The position numbers and the translations under genes were made by a program. Positions 1 through 8,156 of a stretch of 64,000 nucleotides of DNA are shown one piece after another (positions within the stretch are counted from its first letter, which is position 1; each line of letters starts with the position of its first letter). Below the pieces are notes generated by a model. That model was not told the DNA's origin. It saw only the letters and a program-made list of their open reading frames with translations, and did no database searches. Source of the stretch: Singulisphaera sp. GP187 (GTDB lineage Bacteria > Planctomycetota > GCA-002687715); NCBI GenBank assembly GCA_945907755.1, contig CAMDTN010000008.1, positions 817 through 64,816 of the forward strand, in the 5' to 3' direction.

Positions 1-225
1 GAACTCATCGCTGTCTAACAGCGTGGGCGGATAGTCGCCGTTCTTGGCATCGGTCTCGTAGCTTTCCAAAGCGGCGTCCAATTGCATCAGCACATTCTCC
101 ATCAACGACTGATCGCCCGCACGCATCATGCGCGGCAGGCCTATGACCGCCAGCCCACCCAACACTGACAAAATGGCCATCACCACCAGCAACTCCACCA
201 AAGAGAATCCAGCGCGACGCTTCAT
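1..225 (-). CDS. Type II secretion/type IV pilin-like protein with class III (prepilin) signal peptide, GspG-like; 3' end outside the window
   Basis: Not in the ORF track. Manual translation from ATG at 225 gives MKRRAG|FSLVELLVVMAILSVLGGLAVIGLPRMMRAGDQSLMENVLMQLDAALESYETDAKNGDYP: G|FSLxE cleavage/methylation motif, hydrophobic helix and a GspG-like 'L..AL..Y..D.G.YP'. Confidence 0.9.
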   Translation of the reverse strand, partial: MKRRAGFSLVELLVVMAILSVLGGLAVIGLPRMMRAGDQSLMENVLMQLDAALESYETDAKNGDYPPTLLDSDEF

Positions 226-226
226 G

Positions 227-3052
227 TCATTTCTTCCAAGTCGTGAGAGTCACGCTGTCAGCGGAGAAGGCAACTGGCTTGTCCACCGCCGCTTGGCAGA
301 AGATTTGTGCTTCTACTGCGCCGGGCCTGCGGGCCAATCCGGCCACTTCAATATCTGCCATGGCGGGCTGCGCATCCAGTGACACGCGCCACAGAGATTT
401 CTGCACATCCACCAGTGCAATGCTGATGCGCCCGTTGCCTTCTGCAGGCCAGAGTGTGCCGGTGTCCGCCCATTCAGTGGGTTTGCCTTGCACCACCTTG
501 CGCCACATCAGACGCGCTTCGGGAGAGATTGCAACTTGCAAACCGACATGGGCGTACTGCCCACCATCACGCTTCATCAAACCTGGCCACGGGTCTGGCT
601 CGCGCGACGATTTGTTGAAGGCCATGACGCTCAAGCCCGCGATGACACCGGGCGCTGGCTTCACTTCCAAATCCGCTTCGAACGATTGCAACAGTCGCGC
701 GGTGCGTTCTTGCCATGCCACAGTGGGCTGATCGGAAACGCCACCCTGCTTGCCACGGAACACGAGGCGACCGTCGTCAATGGCGACATTCACGCCGCTC
801 GGACGGCCATAACCGGTACCCACATCTTCCAGCCAGCCGCGCAGCAATTGGCCGCCGGTGCGATTGAACGCGTCGGTCCAAACTTCCTTGTTCAGGTTCT
901 CTTCCACAGCTGACTGCATGCCCGCAGCCCACGCACCCAACTCGGCCAAGCCTTTGTTCTCTGCCAACAAACGCAAACGCCGCAGCGCTTCGTCGGTTTG
1001 TGCGCGCGCATAGTGGTGCATGGCTGTGGCGGCTTGCACCAAAGGCACACGCGCGACATCCGAGCTCATGTGGCGAATGCTGTCATCGGCTTCCGTGAAG
1101 CGGCGGCGCTTGACGGAGCTCAGTAGATTGCGGCCAGCAAGCTCTGGATAGTTCGCATCCGCAGCCAACGCGCGCGCATGGAAACGCGAGGCTTCCAGCC
1201 AACCGCCCAGTTTCATGTGGCAATCGCCAAGGGCCGCCAGCATGTCCGCGTCATTAGGCCGCGCTTCCAACACGCGCAAGTAAGTTTCGCGTGCTGCCGC
1301 ATAGTCCCCCAGCAGGAACAAGATTCGCGCGCGCTGCGCCAACGCGTCCATGTCGTGCGGGTCTGCTGCCAAGGCCGCGTCAGCAGTGCCCAAGGCCGCT
1401 GTGGGCTTGCCTGCCTTCTCTTCCAGAATCGCCAACGCCGTGTAGGCCTTGGCGCAAGAAAGTGGGTCCAGTTCTACCGCCAGCAAGAGCGTTTCCCGCG
1501 CAGCGGCCCACTGACCTTTTTGAAACAGCGCTAATCCGTCCAGCAACGCCAAGCGCCCGTCGTAGGGGTTGGCTGCGCGTCCGCGGTCGATGAACACCTT
1601 CGCCGCATCGGCACCACCGCTGAGCAAGGCCAGCACCGCTGCGCCGCTCAAAGCGCGCGCATCCGTCGGGCCTTGGTCCATGGCGCGATCAAACGCGGCG
1701 CGCGCATTGCCTTCGTCGCCGAGGGTCAGCCACGCTTCGCCGAGGAGCACCAGCACTTCGCCAAGTTGCAGTTTGGAGAGGCCGGTGCCTGTTTCCGCAT
1801 CGCGGAGCGCAGTCACTGCCGCCTTGGCATCGCCCTCGCGCAGTGCGATGCGAGCCAACCCCAAGTGCGCAAGCGCGCACACCTGGTCTTTTTCGAGCGC
1901 CGCACGGAACGCGCGCTGCGCTTCCGGAAACAGCCCTAAGCGCATCGAAAGCAGCCCATCTCGGGCCAGCAAACCTGCGTCCCCAGGGTATTCGCTCAGC
2001 GCCTTGGCCAGAGCAAGCCTCTCGCCGTCATAGCGCAGCAAGCGTTGCTCGCAGTCTGCCAGCAGGGTTTGCGCGCGCAGCGAGCCTTGGCCGCGCGTGA
2101 TCATCGCGTTCAAGTGCGCCGCAGCGGTTGCAGCTTCGCCTGCATCGAACAGCTCGCGCGCCAATGTTTCTTGGGCGGCAATGTCGTCGGGCTTGGCGTC
2201 CAAGCGGCGCAGGTAATAACGGTTCAGCGCATTGGCTGCGAAATCGATGCGTTGCACCTGTGCGCCATGCAGCACTTGCCTCGTCGGTGGCTTGCCAGCA
2301 CCACGATCTTCGCGGAACACCATCTGAATGGTTTCCAACTGACGGCGGCGCTCATCTTCCGTGATGGCCGAGTTCCCTCGGATTTGATCGATCTGGCGCT
2401 TCGCCTCGAAACGATCTTGCTTGCGGTCGAGCATGCTGAGCGCGCCCCAAGTTTGTTCGCCCCCTGACCAAACAATGGTGTCCATGCCGAGACGGCGTTC
2501 TTGCACCGCCTTCTTTTGCTCCACCGCGTTGGTCTCGCGCTTCATGCGCTCTTCGGTGCTCAGGCGCAAGCGTTCGGCGAAAGTCAGCGCTGCAGGCACC
2601 GTCACGCTGTCCAAGTCTGAAGCGGCCGCAGGTGTTTCTGTGGATGCCCCCGCTGGGGCACTGCTGCGTGCCGACGGCGCCGCAAGATTGATTTTTGAAT
2701 CTGAAACCAAAGCAAAACGCGCTTTGTCCGCCAGTGCTCCACCGGGCGCGGGCAGCAGCGGCAACCCAGGGTGCGCCAACGGCGGCAGCGGCGGCGTGGT
2801 CATCTCGATGGGCTGCAAGCTCTCGGTTTCCCGTGGGGCTTGATAGATGTTGCGTGCGCCGGGCGCCCAAGCCACATCGTTGTCGCCAAGAAAGAACCCG
2901 CCCAATTCCAGCGCTGCCACAGGATCAGGTCGTGCAGCGCCGCTGCGGCGTGCAGCCGCGGGCGCTTCTTGTGTCCCGCTAGTCAACCAAGCAATGCCCG
3001 CCAGCAGAAGCGCGCCAAAAAAAAGAATTTGCCCCTTGCTCATGGGTTTCAA
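227..3052 (-). CDS. Membrane-anchored TPR-repeat protein with Pro/Ala-rich linker and C-terminal beta-rich domain
   Basis: N-terminal TM (ILFFGALLLAGIAWL), Pro-rich stretch (TTPPLPPLAHPGLPLLPAP), many TPR-like helices (EAQRAFRAALEKD, AARETYLRVLEARP), beta-rich C-terminus; overlaps the upstream gene by 4 nt. Confidence 0.8.
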   Translation of the reverse strand: MKPMSKGQILFFGALLLAGIAWLTSGTQEAPAAARRSGAARPDPVAALELGGFFLGDNDVAWAPGARNIYQAPRETESLQPIEMTTPPLPPLAHPGLPLLPAPGGALADKARFALVSDSKINLAAPSARSSAPAGASTETPAAASDLDSVTVPAALTFAERLRLSTEERMKRETNAVEQKKAVQERRLGMDTIVWSGGEQTWGALSMLDRKQDRFEAKRQIDQIRGNSAITEDERRRQLETIQMVFREDRGAGKPPTRQVLHGAQVQRIDFAANALNRYYLRRLDAKPDDIAAQETLARELFDAGEAATAAAHLNAMITRGQGSLRAQTLLADCEQRLLRYDGERLALAKALSEYPGDAGLLARDGLLSMRLGLFPEAQRAFRAALEKDQVCALAHLGLARIALREGDAKAAVTALRDAETGTGLSKLQLGEVLVLLGEAWLTLGDEGNARAAFDRAMDQGPTDARALSGAAVLALLSGGADAAKVFIDRGRAANPYDGRLALLDGLALFQKGQWAAARETLLLAVELDPLSCAKAYTALAILEEKAGKPTAALGTADAALAADPHDMDALAQRARILFLLGDYAAARETYLRVLEARPNDADMLAALGDCHMKLGGWLEASRFHARALAADANYPELAGRNLLSSVKRRRFTEADDSIRHMSSDVARVPLVQAATAMHHYARAQTDEALRRLRLLAENKGLAELGAWAAGMQSAVEENLNKEVWTDAFNRTGGQLLRGWLEDVGTGYGRPSGVNVAIDDGRLVFRGKQGGVSDQPTVAWQERTARLLQSFEADLEVKPAPGVIAGLSVMAFNKSSREPDPWPGLMKRDGGQYAHVGLQVAISPEARLMWRKVVQGKPTEWADTGTLWPAEGNGRISIALVDVQKSLWRVSLDAQPAMADIEVAGLARRPGAVEAQIFCQAAVDKPVAFSADSVTLTTWKK

Positions 3053-3888
3053 CGCTCCTTCGCGGCTTCGCCCGCTTCCACTTCAAGAGCCGCAAGCACC
3101 AAGGTGGCCTGGGTGCGTCCCGCATCGAGAGGGTCCATCCCCCGCGCACTCTTGGGCCCTGAACCTGGCGGTGCATCCAGACTTCGTTCTGTGCCTTGCG
3201 TCAACGCCAAAGCGCGTCCCACAGCGGGGCGTGCCAAGCGTTCGCGCACGGCACCAATGGCCAACGGATGGCCCACCAACACGAAGGTGACTGGCGTGCG
3301 CGCGATAGGCGCCGCAGGTGCGGAATCCTTACGGGCCTTGGGCGCTGGAGTGATCTCAATGCGGTCCACACGCGCAATGCCGCCTTCCAGCACTTCGGCG
3401 TTCACCGCCAGCACGGTGCCCAACATCTGCTTCACCACATCCAAACCGCGCAAGTACCAGTCAATCTCGCGGCGCGTGGTGGGGAATGCATCGGGCAACC
3501 CCAAGGACATGTCCACATGAATGTTGGCCACCGCGCAGCGCTCCAGTTCATTGCGCCGCACCGTGTCGGCCATGCGGTTGTAGTGCAAGTCCGCGTCATT
3601 GATAGAAGGCAGCAGCTTGAAGCCTTCGTCTTGCACGCGATTCAGGCGTTGCAACAGGGCTGTCACTTTTTGCTCGGCTTGCTCACGCCCTGCGCGCACT
3701 TGTTTCAGCTCGTCCGCGCTCACTTTGAAGCGCTTCTCGTCGTCGCTTGCACGGCGAATATCGGTGCGCGCACGCGAAGTCACATCGCCGTAGTGCCCCG
3801 CCACCAGCGAATGCACTACGAGGAATGCCACCAGCACCAGCGCAGCTGCAGCGATGGTGCGCTTGTGTTCTTGGAAGAACTCAGCCAT
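3049..3888 (-). CDS. PilO/GspM-like bitopic membrane protein
   Basis: Single N-terminal TM, coiled coil, alpha/beta C-terminus; directly follows the PilMN fusion. Function assigned from position and topology only. Confidence 0.55.
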   Translation of the reverse strand: MAEFFQEHKRTIAAAALVLVAFLVVHSLVAGHYGDVTSRARTDIRRASDDEKRFKVSADELKQVRAGREQAEQKVTALLQRLNRVQDEGFKLLPSINDADLHYNRMADTVRRNELERCAVANIHVDMSLGLPDAFPTTRREIDWYLRGLDVVKQMLGTVLAVNAEVLEGGIARVDRIEITPAPKARKDSAPAAPIARTPVTFVLVGHPLAIGAVRERLARPAVGRALALTQGTERSLDAPPGSGPKSARGMDPLDAGRTQATLVLAALEVEAGEAAKER

Positions 3889-3891
3889 GAC

Positions 3892-5574
3892 TCAGTTTCC
3901 CCCCGCTGCATCAGTCACAGTTTCTGCCGTCTCTGGGAACAGATCCGCTTCGATCTGGAACCCCAACTTCTTCGAACCTGTCGCCGCACCCGCGCTCTGC
4001 TTGGTGATGCGCACCGCAGCGCCCTTGCGCTGTGTGCGAATGCCTTCGACTATCTGCTGCAAGCCGCGCTCGGATTGCGTGTCCACGGACAAAATCTCAC
4101 CACTCACCGTCAGCACGGTCTTAATCTCTTTGCCCTTCTTGGGGTCGTTATGGTCTTTCAGAAACGGCCCGCGGCGCGCGTCGATTTGTTCAATCCACAC
4201 GCCGTCTGGCGACGCTTGCTGCACCAGCAATGCGCCCAGCGCAAAAGCAAACGCCGTTTCTGTTTCGCCAGCCAGCATCTTTTGGCGCGCATTCAGCGTG
4301 CTCACTTGAGCGAGTTCGACGCGGTATTCCTCGTCGCGCCGCCGTGCCGCTTGTGCTCGGGACTTCGCGCGCGTGGCGTCCAGCGCCAATGTTTCTGCCT
4401 GGGTGCTCATGTCCCACCAAGTCCAACCGAGAAAGAGAACCAAGAACACGCCCGCCGCGTAGCGCCACACGCCCTCGCGCATGAAGGCTCGCGTCTTCAG
4501 AACTTTCTGCGGAGCGAGTTCCACCAAGAAACTCTGCTTGGCGCTGCCGCAAGCGGCCAAACCTAAAGCCACCACGAAACGGCCCGGGTCTCTCTCGAAA
4601 GCGACGCGCTCTTCCTCGGGCAGCTTGGATGTGTCCAAACCACTTTCCGGTTGGAAGCGACTGCACGGAGTGTTCAATGCAGATTCGAGGTATGCCGCCA
4701 AGCCCTTCAAGCACGCGCCGCCGCCGCTCAAGAGAATGCGCGCGGGCTTCAAGTTGGGGTCTGCCAGTTGTGCACGCGAGAAAGCCAAGCTGGACTGCAA
4801 CATGCTGGCCAGCTGCCCCGCTGCGGCGAGCATACTGCTGGACACTCGCTCTTCACGGCCGCTGGCCCATGATCCACGAGCGCGTGGATCGACATTGCCG
4901 CTGGTTTCTTTGGCTTGCTCCGCGTTCTCGTGATCGACGCCCAGGGCGCCGGCCACCGCATCGGTGAAGATGCCGCCGCCTGCGTTCAGATTGCGTGCGA
5001 ACAATAGTTCGCCATCTTTCAGCAGCACAACTTCGGTGTTCTTCTCCCCGATGTCCACCAGCATCACGACTTCACCTTCGTGAAGCGCACCCGCCACCAT
5101 CCATGTGTTGAACAGTGCGATGCTGGCTGGCATGGCGCAACGCGGTTCGCCCGCAGCAGCGCGCACCGCGGCAAAGCGTGCGTCCAAGAAATGCTCGCGC
5201 ACCACTGCCACCAAGACCGTCTCCGTGTCGCGCGTGCCTGCGCCAACAAGGTTGTAATCCGCAGCCAGCGGCGAGCCCGCCTGATGCGCCATCTCCTTCA
5301 CTTCCAAATCCATCAGCAAACGCACGCGCCAAGGTGCCACAGGCGGCACTTGCGTGTAGCGGATGATCACATCCTTGCCCGACACGCTGAAGCGCGCACC
5401 GGGGGCTTTGCCCAACGCCGTGAGCCCCGCTGTTGCTGCGAGGATTGAATCCTCTTCGCCTTCCGCGCAGGGGATTTCCACTGCGCGTTGCAATTCCAGC
5501 ACTGGCCCTCGCTGCACGGCCACCACTGCCCGCACCGTGCGCGAGCCCAGGTCGATTCCAATGAGGCGGGCCAT
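3892..5574 (-). CDS. pilM: Type IV pilus assembly PilM (actin-like) fused to a TM helix and PilN-like periplasmic domain
   Basis: IGIDLGSRTVR, LVDIGEKNTEV and ILLSGGGACLKGL motifs; then TM (AAGVFLVLFLGWTWW), coiled coil and GVWIEQI..LTVSGE PilN-like segment. Confidence 0.85.
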   Translation of the reverse strand: MARLIGIDLGSRTVRAVVAVQRGPVLELQRAVEIPCAEGEEDSILAATAGLTALGKAPGARFSVSGKDVIIRYTQVPPVAPWRVRLLMDLEVKEMAHQAGSPLAADYNLVGAGTRDTETVLVAVVREHFLDARFAAVRAAAGEPRCAMPASIALFNTWMVAGALHEGEVVMLVDIGEKNTEVVLLKDGELLFARNLNAGGGIFTDAVAGALGVDHENAEQAKETSGNVDPRARGSWASGREERVSSSMLAAAGQLASMLQSSLAFSRAQLADPNLKPARILLSGGGACLKGLAAYLESALNTPCSRFQPESGLDTSKLPEEERVAFERDPGRFVVALGLAACGSAKQSFLVELAPQKVLKTRAFMREGVWRYAAGVFLVLFLGWTWWDMSTQAETLALDATRAKSRAQAARRRDEEYRVELAQVSTLNARQKMLAGETETAFAFALGALLVQQASPDGVWIEQIDARRGPFLKDHNDPKKGKEIKTVLTVSGEILSVDTQSERGLQQIVEGIRTQRKGAAVRITKQSAGAATGSKKLGFQIEADLFPETAETVTDAAGGN

Positions 5575-7970
5575 CAGCGCACTCCCTTGCTTGCGATGCG
5601 TGTCAGTAGTTGTGCCGCTTCATCCGCGGCGTCTGTGCCGGGGTAGCGCTCCGAAACCGACTTCAGAAACGCAGCGGCCAGCGCTTCGCGTCCCAGTTCC
5701 AAATAATCCTTAGCACGCGCCAACAACGAGTCGGCCCGGGCGCGGCGCAGTGGTTCGTCCACCGCTTCGCGCGCTTGCTGCACGCGTTCGCGCAACGCCG
5801 TCAATTCTTGGCCTTGCACAGTGCCTTGGTAACGCTGCGACTCTGCTTCCAATTGCTCGGCCAAATCCGCTGCCTTGCGCCACTCGCGGAAGAACAAGGC
5901 GTCATCGACGCGCACAATGATTTCGTCGCAGAGCTTGCGGCCCTTCGCCGTGTGTTCTGTCAGCAAGGCTTGCGCCTCGCGCACAATGTCGTCGTCGATG
6001 GGGAAGCGCTCGAGGATCTGCGCAGCCAAGCGCTGCACTTGCCCGGATTCGCCTTTGCGCGCAGCTTCGCGCGCACTGGCGCGCATGGCTGTGGCCGCTG
6101 CGAGCTCTGTGTCGAATGCGACCGCCACATTCAGACGCAACTGCGCGTGGCCTTCCGTTCCGATGAACACGCGCGCGCTGCCGCCCGCCGCATTGGGCGT
6201 GTAGCTGAAGGGCAAACGCAACGCCGCACCGGCACCATCGTCGCAACTGATGCGAATTCGGTTGCCACCGACGCCCAGCACAACGCTGGTCGCGGCCACT
6301 GCGCTGAAAGCCTCGCTCAGGCGGCGGCCCTTGTCACCATCGTTCAGCACCAGAGGCGCGTCACCGCCGGGGAAACTCAGACCAAGGCCATACGACGCCA
6401 TCGCCATGTTCGCCGCTGCCACGCTCCAGTGCAGTCCCGCTTCATCAGCAAGCAGTGCTGGGTGCAACATGTCACCAGATTCGTCACTGGGCACCCACTG
6501 CTTGCCATCGATGCGCACAAGGTCCACTGAATCCAAGACCCGCGCGCCCAAGCGACTGACGCGCAAAGCGCCGCTGACGCCTGTGCGCCCCAAGAAATCG
6601 CCAGACTTTGCACCGTGTTCTGCACCTGCAACCGACTCCACCAGCACATCATCGAAACGAACCTCACCGGCACCTTGAACCCCCAAAACAATCTGCGCCA
6701 AGTTGGCGCCTTCGGGGACAACCACGCTTCCTTGCACTTCCCCACTGCTGGCTGCGGCACGCAACAAATCGCGTGCGAACACTGTGCCGAGGGTGCCGCG
6801 GTTCTCTTTGGATTCTTGGCCGAAGCGCACACCCAACAGGGCCTGCGCCTCGCCCGCTGTGCGCACACTCAACTGCCACACACTGCCACCGGTTACCGGC
6901 AGCAGCGCTGCGCAACCCACGAGAGTCATGCCTGAGTCTGAGGCACGACCTACTTGCAACACAGTGCCATTCGAATCTTTCTGCACTTCGACATCGCCGG
7001 CTTCTTCCGCGTCGAGCTTGGCCCAAAGCGGCGGTTCAGCATCCATGCCGGATTCGAACGAAGCCGCAGCCTCTGGCAGCAGATTCGAGCCGCGCTGCAC
7101 GACACGCGTCTTGCCTTGGTTCGCATTGGGCTCGTAACCCATGAAGAACCACGCACCTGCGCCAGCAACCGCCAATACCGCCACCAAACTGATCACGGTC
7201 CAGAGCTTCTCGCCTCGTGCCGCCACTGGCTGTGTCAGCGTGAAAGCCGTCTCATCGTTCCACTGAGCTTCAGCCGTAGCCGGCTCTGCTGCTGTGTCGG
7301 CGTGGGCCACCTGCGCCAATTCGGTGAAGAAATCTGCTGCTTCGCCCTTGCCGTAGATGCACAGGGCATCGCCGAATTGCACGCGTGCGCCGGGCTGCAA
7401 CACCGCTTCGGCCACTTTGGCGCCATCGACACTGGTGCCGTTGCTGCTGCCAAGATCCCGCACCAATACTTCAGAGCCGCGGCGCACAACTTCAGCGTGG
7501 TCGCCACTGACACCAGTGCGCTTGAGCACCAAGGCATGTCGGGCGTTGCGCCCAACAGTCAAGCGGCCTTCGGGCAACGGCACCACTTCGTTCAAGCGGC
7601 CTTCGAACGCCAGCACCAAGAAGTGTTTCTCTTCCAGCGAGAGGTCGTCTTCACCCCAAGCAGATTCCTCCATCGCGGGGGCTTCGTTCCCACCAGCAAG
7701 GAAGCGCAGTTGCATGCCGCCGATGCCAAGCACATCACCATCGGCGAGTTCGAACTTGGTCACCCGGCGCTTGTTGACTAGGGTGCCGTTGCTGGAGCCT
7801 TGGTCCTCTACGAACCAAGCGCCCTTCTCTTCAGTGAACTTGCAGTGGACGCGGGAGATCCCGTTCCCATCCAGTGCGACGGCATTCTGAGAGGTGCGTC
7901 CCAGAGTGTCTCCGCTCTTGAGGATGAACTCGCGGACCGCCTCGCCTTCAATTGTGACGAGTTTGGGCAT
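5574..7970 (-). CDS. Double-FHA transmembrane protein with putative carbohydrate-binding-like periplasmic domain and C-terminal TPR-like helices
   Basis: Two FHA signatures (GRT..ISRVHC..DQGSSNGT; GRN..VSGDHA..DLGSSNGT), a TM (VISLVAVLAVAGAGAWFF), NLL...SFE...W and VRFDDV motifs typical of CBM4/9-like sandwiches; stop overlaps the pilM start. Confidence 0.85.
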   Translation of the reverse strand: MPKLVTIEGEAVREFILKSGDTLGRTSQNAVALDGNGISRVHCKFTEEKGAWFVEDQGSSNGTLVNKRRVTKFELADGDVLGIGGMQLRFLAGGNEAPAMEESAWGEDDLSLEEKHFLVLAFEGRLNEVVPLPEGRLTVGRNARHALVLKRTGVSGDHAEVVRRGSEVLVRDLGSSNGTSVDGAKVAEAVLQPGARVQFGDALCIYGKGEAADFFTELAQVAHADTAAEPATAEAQWNDETAFTLTQPVAARGEKLWTVISLVAVLAVAGAGAWFFMGYEPNANQGKTRVVQRGSNLLPEAAASFESGMDAEPPLWAKLDAEEAGDVEVQKDSNGTVLQVGRASDSGMTLVGCAALLPVTGGSVWQLSVRTAGEAQALLGVRFGQESKENRGTLGTVFARDLLRAAASSGEVQGSVVVPEGANLAQIVLGVQGAGEVRFDDVLVESVAGAEHGAKSGDFLGRTGVSGALRVSRLGARVLDSVDLVRIDGKQWVPSDESGDMLHPALLADEAGLHWSVAAANMAMASYGLGLSFPGGDAPLVLNDGDKGRRLSEAFSAVAATSVVLGVGGNRIRISCDDGAGAALRLPFSYTPNAAGGSARVFIGTEGHAQLRLNVAVAFDTELAAATAMRASAREAARKGESGQVQRLAAQILERFPIDDDIVREAQALLTEHTAKGRKLCDEIIVRVDDALFFREWRKAADLAEQLEAESQRYQGTVQGQELTALRERVQQAREAVDEPLRRARADSLLARAKDYLELGREALAAAFLKSVSERYPGTDAADEAAQLLTRIASKGVR

Positions 7971-8053
7971 TGTTTTTTTGGCCGTGAAAACTGCGAGAAA
8001 AGCGGCGACGGAGGGATGTCGCGCGCGCGCGAAACTTGGTTTGACGCGAGCGG

Positions 8054-8083
8054 ATCATACAGCAAGAGAAGGGCAGCGGCCAA
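8054..8083 (-). promoter_or_regulatory. Putative sigma70-type promoter for the FHA-pilMN-pilO-TPR-pilin operon
   Basis: Minus strand TTGGCC-N18-TATGAT in the 7971-8156 intergenic gap. Confidence 0.45.
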
Positions 8084-8088
8084 ATCCA

Positions 8089-8113
8089 CAAGCCTTTGAT
8101 GCGCAGAGGCTTA
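8089..8113. promoter_or_regulatory. Imperfect palindrome CAA-N4-TTG-N5-CAG-N4-TTA (copy 1 of 3)
   Basis: CAAGCCTTTGATGCGCAGAGGCTTA; same spacing as 18199-18223 and 28155-28179. Confidence 0.5.
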
Positions 8114-8156
8114 GCGGCTGCGCGGCTGCGAGCTTCGTGCGACGCCTGCTGGAAAC

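Noticed and set aside
3892-5574. Actin-like proteins as FtsA/MreB replacing the missing ftsA
   Set aside because: The TM/PilN-like fusion, the PilM-type EAEQ.IP motif in the paralog and the PilO/secretin/pilin context indicate PilM.
7971-8156. Sigma54 (-24/-12) promoter next to the enhancer-binding-like gene
   Set aside because: The closest match, CTGCCC-N5-TTGCT, lacks the invariant GG; a sigma70-like pair fits better.
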